Source of the DNA: Chrysomallon squamiferum | Lineage: Eukaryota; Animalia; Mollusca | Direction: 5' to 3' | DNA length: 64,000 nt | NCBI GenBank assembly: GCA_012295275.1 | Contig: CM022670.1 | Span: forward strand, 6,262,001 to 6,326,000 | Shown: positions 1 to 12,396 of the stretch, piece after piece | Position numbering within the stretch: position 1 is the stretch's first letter | Layout: each line of letters opens with the position of its first letter | Notes under the pieces: model-generated | What the model saw: the letters and a program-made list of their open reading frames with translations, nothing else | Databases searched by the model: none | What the model was told of the DNA's origin: nothing | Made by a program: the position numbers and the translations under genes

Positions 1-24
1 TGTATAAAGAATGAGAGGGAGAAA

Positions 25-90
25 CCTGTGTGTGTGTGTGTGTGCGTGTGCGTGTGCGTGTGTGTGCGCTTCTGTGTGTGTGTGTGTGTA
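25..90. repeat. (GT)n/(GTGC)n microsatellite
   Basis: Direct reading: tgtgtgtg... interrupted by gcgtgt units. Confidence 0.9.
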
Positions 91-99
91 TAAGAAATA

Positions 100-410
100 A
101 TCACAAGATGAAAAGAAAAAGAAATAACAATAACACGAACAGAAGAATTAACAATATAATGAAAAGAAGAAATAAAAATAAGATGGAAAGAAGAGGAAAT
201 AACAACAGAATACACAGAAGGAGAAATAAAAACAGGATGAACAGAAGAAGAAATGACAAAAGGATGAACAGAAGAAGAAATGACAAAAGGATGAACAGAA
301 GAAAAAATAGCAATAAGATGTAAAGAAGGAGAAATAACATTAAGATGAACAGAAGGAGAAATAAGATAAACTGAAGCAGAAATAAGATGGAAAGAAGAAG
401 ATATAACAAT
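100..410. repeat. Degenerate ~27-bp purine-rich minisatellite (aagatgaacagaagaagaaataacaat)
   Basis: About 11 recognisable units; it produces the low-complexity ORFs 30..323 and 101..409. Confidence 0.8.
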
Positions 411-819
411 AAGCTGGTTCATTTCAAACAGCTACGAATCTTGGTGGTTTTCTTTTCCTGTTAATTACGAGGCAGGTGGAGAAGGGTATGAATAATTGAG
501 GGAGGAGCGGGGTGTGTGACAGTCAGAGAGATTCATCGCGTGTCTCTACCTGATGAGAAAATACTTCACATTCAGCGTGCAAAGCAAACACAAATATTTG
601 TTATCTGATTAAAACAAAACAAAACAAAAAAAAATCTAAATTAACAGAATCAGTTTTTAAAATATACACTGGGATGAAAATGTGGGTTACATGAGTTTTA
701 TGAGAATCAAAAAAAAAAAAAAAAAAAAAAATTCATCCTTGACTTCAACACGACTATCAATATCATTATGTAACAATCAATATCATCTTTAGTATAAAAA
801 ATAACTACAAAACCATCAT

Positions 820-965
820 CATTTCAAAATCATTACTATCTTTAACAAAAAACAAACAACATAACTAAGATCATGATTTCACAGTCATTACCATCTTTAA
901 GATCTTTAACAAAAAACAAACAACATAACTAAGATCATGATTTCAGTCATTACATCTTTAAAATC
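820..965. repeat. Local tandem duplication, ~64-bp unit
   Basis: tctttaacaaaaaacaaacaacataactaagatcatgatttca occurs at ~839 and ~903. Confidence 0.85.
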
Positions 966-1092
966 TTAAACTGCAACACAAATATCAAAATACTCTCATC
1001 ATCATTGCCATTCGTTTGCATGTATATGTTTGTATCTATGGTTAATACTTATAAGTAATTTTGTTTTCTGTATAAATGTTGTAATTTGACTG

Positions 1093-1138
<46 letters not shown>

Positions 1139-1409
1139 TATACACACACACATATATAAATAGATAGATAGATAGATAGATGCAGATATATAGATTTATG
1201 TTTTGTATATTTTCTGTACAATAACTCAGTGTCATTAGAATATCTCATGTTCCTTTTTGTCTGGAATTTCACGTTGAAATTCTCTTCATATTATTTATTT
1301 ATTTAATTCCTTAAACGTCGAACGTTTTCAAATATAGATCCTTATGAAAATCTACTAATATTTTCATATTACAGAGATACAAAATAACTTTAATTTTTAT
1401 TATTTTATC

Positions 1410-1864
1410 TTTATTTTACAAACTAACATAGATATAAATATTGATGTACTAGTGTATAGGAGATATTGATATATTAATGTACAGATATAAATATTGTTGT
1501 GTATATATTCAGTATAAAAAAATACATTAGTGAATATAAATAAATATACTGCTCTGTAGATGTAAATACATATATACTGATGCACAGATATCAGTACTAA
1601 TAATAATAATACTGATCTATACATGTAAATGTGTAGATGTAAAAATACCAATGTATATATATATATAAATATACTGATGTATTGATATAAATATACTGAT
1701 GTATGGATATAAATATGCTGATATGTAGACGTAAATATACAGATGGATATATGTAAATATGTTGGTAATAATATATATAAATGAATGAATGAACGTATAA
1801 ATACTCAGATGTATGTATTTAAATATAACTATGTATATATCTAAACATACAGACGTATAGACAT

Positions 1865-1899
<35 letters not shown>

Positions 1900-1950
1900 A
1901 ACATGCACATGTATGGATAGATATAAATGTATCAGTGAACACAGAAATGT
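1410..1950. repeat. Highly degenerate AT-rich minisatellite (atatactgatgta..tataa, ~22-24 bp)
   Basis: Recurrent aaatatactgatgt-like words throughout the interval. Confidence 0.6.
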
Positions 1951-2296
1951 CCAAGCAAAAGTATAGCTCCATTTGATTATTTGAATACTGGCAAGTACTT
2001 AACCTGATCACGTGACCTTTGCTAATTGACTTAATTGATTAATTACGACGACATCGTGGTACACGACAACAGTAGACAAGCCATATTAGTTAACCTCTAG
2101 AGACACCCGATTGTTGACAAGATAAATTATTGAAATTCACCTAATTAGATGAGTCAAAGTGCCAGCAGTAGGTAAATGCATTAGCAATACTTGAAGTATT
2201 TTTCTGTTAATTAGAGAAAAAAAAAGAAAAAAAGAAAAAAAAAAGAAAAAGAAGAAAGAAGAAGCAGAAAACATCTAAACAACGTACATGTATTAG

Positions 2297-2297
<1 letters not shown>

Positions 2298-2360
<63 letters not shown>

Positions 2361-2600
2361 TAATATTATTATTATGATGATGATGAGTATTATTATAATT
2401 ATTAATGCATTATTATTATTATTTAGTTTATTATTATTATCACTTGTATTATTTTTATTAAACGCATTATTGTTATTATTATTACTGTTGTTGTTGTTAT
2501 TATTACTATTATTATTATTGTTGTTGTTGTTGTTGTTGTTGTTGTTATTATTATTATTATTATTACTGTTATTATTATTAATATTGCTATTTTTATTGTT
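2298..2600. repeat. (AAT)n / (ATT,GTT)n trinucleotide microsatellite complex
   Basis: Direct reading; source of the poly-Leu/Ile/Thr ORFs. Confidence 0.9.
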
Positions 2601-2668
2601 ACACCTGGTAGTAAAAAGACCTCTTTTCTAACAAATGGAATGCTTTTGATCCAAGACATCTTCTAAAA

Positions 2669-2960
2669 CACAGATTTTCAAACTGGAGGCTGCCAGTCTT
2701 TTTTCTGGGGGTCGCGAGATCGTTCTTGAGCGAGGGTATGTTTTAGCTATTCTCAACTTGACTTGGAAGGAGGAATAAATAAAAACGTGTAGATAGGTTT
2801 GGGACCCGTCATGGTGAATATAGATTCCTTTTGCACTGTCTTTGGTTGATGAAAATATAGTAACCCTAGATATTACTGAATCAAAAATTTTAAAGGGGGT
2901 CATCGGTCATATTAAGTTGCTCATAAGGGGTCGCGGTATGAATAAGGTTGAAAACCTGTG
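2669..2960. mobile_element. Non-autonomous hAT-superfamily (Charlie-like) MITE, 292 bp
   Basis: TIRs cacagattttcaaact (2669-2684) and aggttgaaaacctgtg (2945-2960) match 14/16. Perfect 8-bp TSD ttctaaaa at 2661-2668 and 2961-2968. Subterminal ggggtcgcg motifs near both ends. An 8-bp TSD with CA...TG ends and a TCTA-type target is characteristic of hAT/Charlie elements. Confidence 0.85.
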
Positions 2961-5231
2961 TTCTAAAAGTTTAAATTCTTCAAAATATTCATTAATTTAA
3001 AAAAAAAAAATTTAATTGTTATACATACAGCTTATTTGTTAAGTGTGAACTGTATTTTCATTAGTCATTTTCTGTAAGAAGCACGCGCTGTGACGTAATG
3101 TCAGAAAAGTTTAAGTGAAACAAACCTTCCATGTAATATGTGACATTATATTCCATTACAGACAATGAACCATTAGAAACAATGTTACTTGGCAAAATAT
3201 TTATCATGATGATAACCATAATTATTACTATTATGTTATATTATGTTATATTATCATTATTACTTTTATGATGATGATGATGATGATTATTATTATTATC
3301 AACACCATCATCATCATTATTACTTTTATTATTATATTACTTTGTCTTCATTATCGTCATCATCATTATCACCATTATTCTTATTCTTATTCTTGTTCTT
3401 CTTCTTATTATTACTGTTATTGTTGTTGTTGATATTTTTATTATTAGTAGTATTGTTATAGTTACTGAGCTGTCCTCACAGGCGTTCTATTTTGTTACTC
3501 CAACGATGACCACGACAACGACAAGAACAAGAACAATAACAGTAATAATAATAATTATAATTACAATTACAACAACAGTAATAATAATAATAATTATAGT
3601 CATAATTACAAGAATAACAATAATAACAATAATAATAATAATAATATTAATAATAATAATAATATAAAATAATAATAATAAATAATCATGATCATAATCA
3701 TAATCATAATTATCTATTCGTTGTTACTGGTATTGATCGCGTTGTTTCGGTTTTGTTTCGGTTTTGCTAACAGTAAACTGATAGAGAAACACTATATTAC
3801 TGAAATGTGTTTTTTACTTTTATTGTTTATTGATCACACTTTAAAATTTGTTGTCTCTTTCAAACCAATTCACGGTCAAATTGGCAAGCGACATCCAAAC
3901 ATCAATAATATATAGGCGACTTGTGGTCATGCACGGTGAATCTTTTGTCCCCTCCCAGAACTGCGCCTGGTAGACACATAACTAACTATACTGTGCATTA
4001 ATCTCTTTTTACTACTTTTTATTTCATGTTTCTGGAAAACGATTAAAAAAAAAGTGTTATGAAAACTGAAAATCATCATTTAATGTCGGCGTATAATGTA
4101 AACTTTTATCAAGACTTCACGCATACAAAGGATGAAAAAGAAAAATATATTATTTATTAATTTTTAGTAATATAACACAAGTCACCGGGGAGCATGGGAT
4201 GAATACAATTTTATATTTCACACTACATTATAAGTTTATTTTTTGCTACACGACAGCAAGTGGTAAATTAGGGTTAATGTTGAGGTGAAGCCTGCTTATT
4301 TTCAGCATTACACCTTTTAACAAAAAATTATAATAATGATAAATACATAATAAAAAACAACAACAATGAAACAAACAAACAAACAATAATTTAAAATTTC
4401 TGTCTAATTATGTATAAATAAATATATAAATAAATAAATATGTAAAAAAAAAACAACACCATTAAGAAGAAAAAGAAGAAAAAGAATATGGAGAAAAAAA
4501 AAGAAGAAAGAATTCGATTTCATACTAATATAATTGCAGTATGTAATTTGTGATTTTTTTGTTACTGTCAGTATATAGTTTTTGAGTCACAGGTAAATGT
4601 TTGAATAAATGATTTTATCTGATGTATATTTTTGTAAATACAAAATAATGGGTTTCTCTTATAATTACAACTTCTGTGCAAGATATACGTACATACGTAC
4701 GTACGTAAGGAGAACACCCACACATAGTAATTGCGAGCGTACATGTGTGAGTCTGTGTGTGTGTATATGTGTGTGTCTGTATGTGTGTGTGTATATGTGT
4801 GTATGTGTATGTGTATATGTGTGTGTATGTGTAAACATTATGTTACGAAGAAAGAAACTGAAGAAAAGAAACACCAAATACCAGGAAGAACAGCAAGTTA
4901 ACGAAAAGAACCACTTAATTATCCAGACGCACAATCGTGTATAAGGATGTATTTCAAATTAATGAAGACAAACATAATGACAATTACGTTTGTATAGAAG
5001 TATCGTCAATTTCTCAAATCATTGTTGATAATCTCGAGTAACTCGCTTTCTAAAGACGATTATCGTCTTACAACGTTTCTCACCATTGTCAACCTCTATG
5101 GATGAACAGATAGATCGACCGTACATCCATAGTTTATGAATGATTAATTAATTTTCATTAGTTGAAATATTTCAATACTTGCACATCAGATATCACATCA
5201 ATGACGTAACAAATACAAGTAAAACGTGAAA

Positions 5232-5262
<31 letters not shown>

Positions 5263-5451
5263 ACATCAGATTTAAAGAACTTTTTAACCCTGAAATATAT
5301 TATGTTTATCGTACGTTTAATATCATCAGTGAGCTTTGTGAAAATGATTTTAATATGCTTGTCTAGATAAATGTCAAAGGTGCATAGAGAATGGCAGATT
5401 ATTGGAAAGATGCGAGAGATTAAATGAGATATATCGAATGGAAACGAGATA

Positions 5452-5454
<3 letters not shown>

Positions 5455-5525
<71 letters not shown>
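5455..5525. repeat. (AG)n microsatellite
   Basis: Direct reading. Confidence 0.95.
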
Positions 5526-5526
<1 letters not shown>

Positions 5527-6299
5527 GTTTGTGCCGATCAATTATCTTTCTTTGTAATGAAGAAAATATGAAAATTAAATAAAACAATGACAGATTTTCC
5601 AGATTAAAATAGTCACACATTTAAAACTTGAAAAATGAAATATTCATAAATTTCAGGCTTAAGTATTAAAATATTCGTTCATTTAATTTTACCGCTCTGA
5701 ATAGTATATATTAAAACATTTCTAAATTTAAACTTTAAGTATTAAAATAGTTCTAAACTTAAGTCTAACAGATTTATTTATTATCTAAATTATTCCATAG
5801 TTCTTTATTTATTTTATAGTTACTACAAAGTTACTAGAAATTATTTTACATATTTCTACAAGTATGCAGCTTCCTTATTTTAAATAAATTAATGAAAAGA
5901 TAAAAAATAAATAGTGAATAAATTCTAAAATTTAAAAAATGTATTAAATATTATCATAACAAACTGCTTAATTTCTCTGAATATTATTATGTTTGCAGTT
6001 TTAACTTTTAATAGAATAAGCTGTTAAATATTTGCTTTTATTAATATGTAGGTAAATGAATGAATGAATGAATAAACAAACAAACAAACTAACACATATT
6101 TATTTATTTATTTATTTATTTATTTATGTTTATAGTTTTTGTTCAGAAAATATTCGGTTTTATCGTTTAAATGAGTTCTTCAAAAATGTCCTACAAAATA
6201 ACATTTCCTCCACGTAAAAAACTATTCTACTTTGTAAAATGGTTTTTAAATATTTTCTAATAAAACAGAATTAGTGTGCTAGAGCTGATCTTCAACTAA

Positions 6300-6545
6300 A
6301 TACACCACAAACGACGTTCTAAAATGTTTTACACAAAGAACAAAAATAATGTTCTCAGTCTACGTGACAAAATATCTTTCTTATAGGACGTTCTAGAATA
6401 TTTTACGGAAATCTAAAATGCTTTACACAAAGAACAAAACTGATGTTCTCATCTACTCTAGCACTAACTAAGTCATAAACAGTTCTTGTTTATAGGACGT
6501 TCTAAAATGTTTTACATAAAGAACAAAATTAATGTTCTCAGAAAG
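6300..6545. repeat. Degenerate tandem repeat (gacgttctaaaatgttttacacaaagaacaaaa..atgttctca), about 3 units
   Basis: Unit visible at ~6314, ~6386-6450 (interrupted) and ~6496; possibly a transposon-internal repeat remnant. Confidence 0.6.
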
Positions 6546-6641
6546 ACAAGAACTGCTTACGTCACAAATTGTTCTAGTTAATTAAAACCACAAGTTCCTC
6601 TGACGAACACAGCATTGTGTGGATTCTTTGTAGCTAGGAAA

Positions 6642-6673
<32 letters not shown>

Positions 6674-7774
6674 ATCTCCAAGTTCCAAACGAGCACAAAC
6701 CTATATCGATTGAGCGATGAATAATTAAACAACATCTTCAATTAATAGTCCTTGTTCTGTGGAGAAGCCAAGCGGAAATGTGTCGGCCATTAATAAGTTT
6801 TATGTCTGAATGTAAAAGTTGAGGTGTGGGCAAGCCCAGTAAAGCGGTTCCGTGGCACGTTCATTTCGTGTGATTATGCGACAATCGGGGGATGGGTGGT
6901 GTAAGAAAGTGTGGGAGGGGCTTAGAAACAAAAGTCTCCTTTGAAGTTATGAAACCAGGGGATTTAATTTGTTTCATTATTTCCTGTTTCGAATATTTAG
7001 TGCAAAGTCAAACACAATTATACATCTACTGATATATATAAAATAAAAATATATATATATCATTATAACTTAGTAGGCCTTTTCTTTATGAATTTATAAT
7101 TTAAGAATATCATTTATTTATTTCTTTTAAAATTTATTATTATATTTATTCTTTTTTCCTTCTTCTTACTATTATTATTATTATCATTATTTTCATTACT
7201 GTTATTATCATAAAAAGATATAAGCTAAGACGTTAAAATTATTTAACACAATTAACACGACTGAATAAAATGTTTCTTGAAATGATTAGTTCTTAACAAA
7301 AATAAAATAAAAATAATAAAATAAATTAAATGAAAAACATAAAATGAATAGTTTATCTAATATAGGATTTATTACAAGGAAACGCACACGGAGGCAATTT
7401 ATTTTGTGACAACTGAATTTGAATTTTGAATTTTTGCGATGGTTTTTTTCCCCAATATTATAAGTTTATATGTAAAATATAATTTGACAGAACCAACTCA
7501 TGATTTGAAAATAAAAAATATAAACATAAAGAAATGGAAAGAAAATAATTTAAAAAATGAGGAAAATAAAGGAAACAAAATGGCGTATAATGAGCGGTTT
7601 CACAATTTCTTTTTAATTTTGTTTGTTTGTTTATGTAATTTATTTTGAATGTTTCTGATTACCACAAAAGTAAAATAATTAAATAATATAAAAAAGTAAA
7701 AGTAAAAATAAAATATAAAATGAAATGAAATGAAATAAAATAAAACATAAATAACTATGTAAGTAAATACGTAA

Positions 7775-7844
<70 letters not shown>

Positions 7845-8312
7845 TTTTATTTACACAGTTTATTCTATTAGTTTAGAGGTTTCTACTTTTCATATTTAAA
7901 TTTTATTTTCATTATCTAGTAACGAATGAAAGACTAATCTTAAAATAAAAATGTTCTAGTATACATTATATCAGTAATAAGGTATTATTTCAAGCATTAA
8001 TTTTGAATTTAATACTTTAGTCTTCATATTAAATTATCATTTTTGTTTGTACATAGAATTTACCACAAATGTGCGACAATAAATATTATGTTGAATATAT
8101 TGACGATAAATGGAAATTCAGTGATTTACAATATGTGGTTGACAAAATAGATTTAGAAGCGCATTGATATTGTTTATCAGACATGGTAATATAATTAAAT
8201 ATATTGACAGTAAAATAAAATGAAATGAAACGAAGAAAAGTAAAATAAATTTGGGTTAAGACAAAAATAAAAATAAATAGTGATGCTAATAAAATCAGTT
8301 AGAGAAAGCGAC

Positions 8313-8372
<60 letters not shown>

Positions 8373-8609
8373 CGTTTAAAAAATAAATAAAATGTTATTA
8401 AAATAATATAATAATAATAATAATAATAACAACAACAACAACAACAATAACAACAGCAATAACAACAGCAACAACAATAATAAACAGCAGGGTAAATAAT
8501 CATTTTCTATAAAATCTCTCTTCACTTTTCTTTAAAAAAAAATAAAAAATTAAAAAACTGTCACGTGACCACATAACAAAAGCAATTAAAAACTGTTAAT
8601 AAAACGTAC

Positions 8610-8810
8610 CTGCCAGTCCCTCCCGGACAGCCACGAGCCCCAGTTCCTGGGGTTGCCCCACTCCCTGGCTCCATTAAACTCCTGCCCCACATACTGCATG
8701 TTAATAGAGAAACTGGCGAGTCGCCTATAAACAACCCACACTATGTCGTCTGTTGAATATTTCACACATTATGTATGTTTAATTCTGCTCCAACGTCTGT
8801 ATGCAGAAGT
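8610..8810 (-). other. Probable exon containing the start codon of an unidentified minus-strand gene that runs off the left edge
   Basis: GC-rich island in AT-rich DNA bounded by acceptor ttatttgtag (8811-8820) and donor CAG|gtacgt (8609). Two frames are open to the donor: MQYVGQEFNGAREWGNPRNWGSWLSGRDWQ from 8699 (phase 0) and MWGRSLMEPGSGATPGTGARGCPGGTG from 8692 (phase 2). No homology recognised. Confidence 0.45.
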
Positions 8811-9420
8811 CTACAAATAATTAATGTAACACACACAGAACAATAAACAGTCTACAGTAACCGTTAGTTTCTTTCAAACCTTATTAAAAAGAACTTATTA
8901 AAATAATAATAACGCAAAACGGAAATAAAAGAAAAAAAAAAAAAAAAAAAGAAGAAACAAAAGAAATAATAAAAAATATGATTAATAACGAAAATAGTGC
9001 GAAAATACTCATCATTTAGATTTTAAAATATTTCGTTGTATGGTCGAAAAATATATTTGTGTTAAAAATGTGTAATAATATATTTTAAAGAGACTTATGC
9101 AAATACGAATTTTTTGTTTCAGTAGGATGTGAAATGAAAATCTTGAATAAGAATTAACAGAAGAAGAAAGTTAGGAACGGATGTGGAAAGGAATTAAAAA
9201 CATTTATTATTTTTTATCAACTGAAATTATTTATGATTTGCGAATATTAAATTTAAAATTAATGTTCTATATTGAACTGAGTTAAAATTAAATTTAATTC
9301 AGGAATAATTATATTAATTATAGATGTACAGTTAATTACCTGAGGATTTATAAAACAATAGACACGACGTAAGAAATATTAAATAGATTTAAAAACTATA
9401 ATAATAATAATAATTTAAAA

Positions 9421-9459
<39 letters not shown>

Positions 9460-9842
9460 CAAAACGTAAAATAAAATTAAAACGTTAATTATATATTCTG
9501 GAATAATTGTTACTAACATTTTACTACTACACTTAGTTCTCCGCCTACCAGTACTGATGTTGCTTTTACTAGTACTACTATTACAACTAGTACTACTTGT
9601 TCTTGATACTACTACTACTATTGCTGCTACTACTATCGTTATTACTGGCATTACTGTTTCTGCTGCTGCTGCTGCTAATGTTACTACTACTACTGGTGTA
9701 CTACTAGTATTACTAGATATACTACTGCTATTGCACTTACTATTGCTATTATAATTGTTGTTGTTTTTTGTTATTATACTGTCTTAAGACTTATTTTACA
9801 TTATGATTTTTATTTTTCACGAAAGAGTTCTTTTTCGTATTT

Positions 9843-9904
<62 letters not shown>

Positions 9905-9964
9905 CATTGGGACAAATTTTATAATAACACGACAAAAGCATCCCATTTTATTATACTTTATTTC

Positions 9965-10320
9965 ATACACCGAAATCTCACAGAAGTAAATTGTCCGCCT
10001 CGAAGGAAAACTTTGTAAAAAAACTCTACAAAGTCCTGTCCCCAGAGAACGTCTTCGATTAACGAAACTACCAAGACAAACATCATGAATATGTAAAAAA
10101 CGCCCGCGACGTCAGGCCTCAGTCGGCGTTCACTGCAACCACTGGGAGAAGACAAACGCTGCACATCAAATATTAATCAGCATCGTGGATGTCATCTTCG
10201 GGTAGCTACGACGTGCAGGACAACGCCAGCTCGGTGATGCTGGAAACGGCCGCTTACAACATGCTAAATGATGAATAATTGAGTAGTGCCATGAAGTAGT
10301 CGTTTGTTACAGGTAATGTA
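9965..10320 (-). promoter_or_regulatory. CpG-rich promoter-like island, possibly with a non-coding first exon of the left-hand gene
   Basis: Dense CpG (cgcccgcgacgtcaggcc...), CRE-like gacgtca, donor-like gtatga on the minus strand at 9968. Confidence 0.4.
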
Positions 10321-11079
10321 TAGAAGTCCTGTACTCGATGTAACAGCGGATAAGCTTTTTCCTTTTCTTTGAAAAAGAATACAACAGAAAACCAATAATA
10401 ATTTATATGGCTGTTCTTTGAAATTTACACATGTATATGTGTTCATATGTATGTGTATATGTTCGTGGCACCTATTATTTATATATGTTTATGTGTGGCA
10501 CCCATTTTAAATATATGACAAAATTTGTCACTCAGTTCACGGTATATATATATAATTTGTTTCACATTACATTTTGAAATAATCCTTTACTAAAATGACT
10601 TTAAAATTTGAAATTGTTTTCACACACACACAAAAAAGTAATAGTAAATAATGAAATAAAAAAGAAAATGAAAAAATACACAAAAGAAAATTTAACAAAA
10701 ATAATAGCTCTTCCGTTAAACCTCTTAAAATATTTATCAGTGTTGTATTTTAAAAATTAAATAAATGGAACAGAAATCAATTTAATCAACTGAGTAATAA
10801 ACAACAACCAGAATTATTGTTTTTGCATTTTTAATTTTGTATCCCTCAAAATATTTACAAAATGTAAAACAATGACAAAATATACAAAACAGATGAACAC
10901 AAATAAACATCAGTTTGTGGTTTTAGTCAGCAGTAACACAATCATTTTACAATTTTTTTTTTTTAATTATCTGCATCTTTGATTTAAAGTAAACTGTCAT
11001 TTCTGTAACATAAAAAAAATAAATGTATACATGTTCAGATTTCTCAGTGTATACATTTACATGTATGTGTAATGTGTTA

Positions 11080-11124
<45 letters not shown>

Positions 11125-11339
11125 AAAAAAAAGGCAAGAACAGAAAGACCCCCAAACCTACCACAATTAAAAATCTGATGACTGTAATAATGTACATTGT
11201 CAGCCATGTTTTATTTGCTTACATTTACATCAAGTAACAAAAACAGATAAATGACATTTTGAACAAGTTTTTGTTTTCTTTTTATAAATACACATACTAT
11301 CAAGACTAAAACAAAAATAAAAAATTCAATAAAATACAA

Positions 11340-12180
11340 CCTGATTGTTACAGCCCTGTAGTAAAAATACTGATAAATGTGTGTTGAAGTAGTCATAGTA
11401 TGCTAGTAATGCTGTAACAATTAATTACTGTGTACAAAACTAGTAAAAATATTGATAAATAAAAATCGTTAGAGCTACTGCTGTGTATTAATTACAGGAT
11501 ACAGCACTGTAGTGAAAGTATTAAATAAAATGTTTGTTACTGCAGTACATTATGTAATATTGTGCAATACAGTATATGGTTACGACACTGTAGTGAAAAT
11601 TTTGATAAATATTGAAACTACAGCTACAGAAGTTTATTAATTACTGGTGACAACAATGTGTGAAAATACCTTATTACACTGTATGATTATAACACTTAAC
11701 AAAATATTTATAAATAATAAAATTTCAGTTACTCAGTGTTTTGACAACAGTGCTATAAGCAGTACACTGTATTACAAATACACTAACTAAAATTGTTTTA
11801 TTTATCAATATTTTCACTACAGTTCTACAGTGCACTGTTTTACAGTATTACAGATGATAAATAATAAAATTAGAACTACTGCTGTTTAATTGTAAATGGT
11901 TACAAAACTGTAATGAAAATATTGACAAACAATACAGTTTTATTAACACTGTAATAATTAATTACTGTTTGCATTTGTAAAACTATTTATAAATAATAGT
12001 TATAACTACTGCAGTGCACAGTACTGATCACAGAACTGTAGTGAAAATTTAAATAAATATAAAGAACACACTTGTAGTTAACCAGCAGAACAAGGGTTAA
12101 AGTTTTATAATGCGGAATTCAGTGCTAATGACAGATATTTGTACAAGTCTCTGTTGTAACTGTAATACATAGTTACAGCA
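11340..12180. repeat. Degenerate ~70-80 bp tandem repeat containing one inverted unit
   Basis: actgtagtgaaaatattgataaataaa-like words at ~11357, 11440, 11506, 11587, 11907 and 12035; reverse complement tttatttatcaatattttcactacagt at 11797-11823. Confidence 0.7.
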
Positions 12181-12344
12181 CAGTGCTGAGCCAAAGACAT
12201 ACAGTATACTTTCTTATTTCTGCAACATAAATAAATACATTAATTCTGTGATAGACCAGACTGTATCTTGAGTGTCTGGTTGTCATTGCTGTTGTTTTTA
12301 AATGAAGGAACCAGTTGTTTGCATATGTATACTAAACCTATTAA

Positions 12345-12396
<52 letters not shown>

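Noticed and set aside
30-9754. Numerous ORF-track entries with poly-Leu/Ile/Tyr/Cys-Val or Arg-Asn runs
   Set aside because: They are translations of (AAT)n, (GT)n, (AG)n and minisatellites; no splice or homology support.
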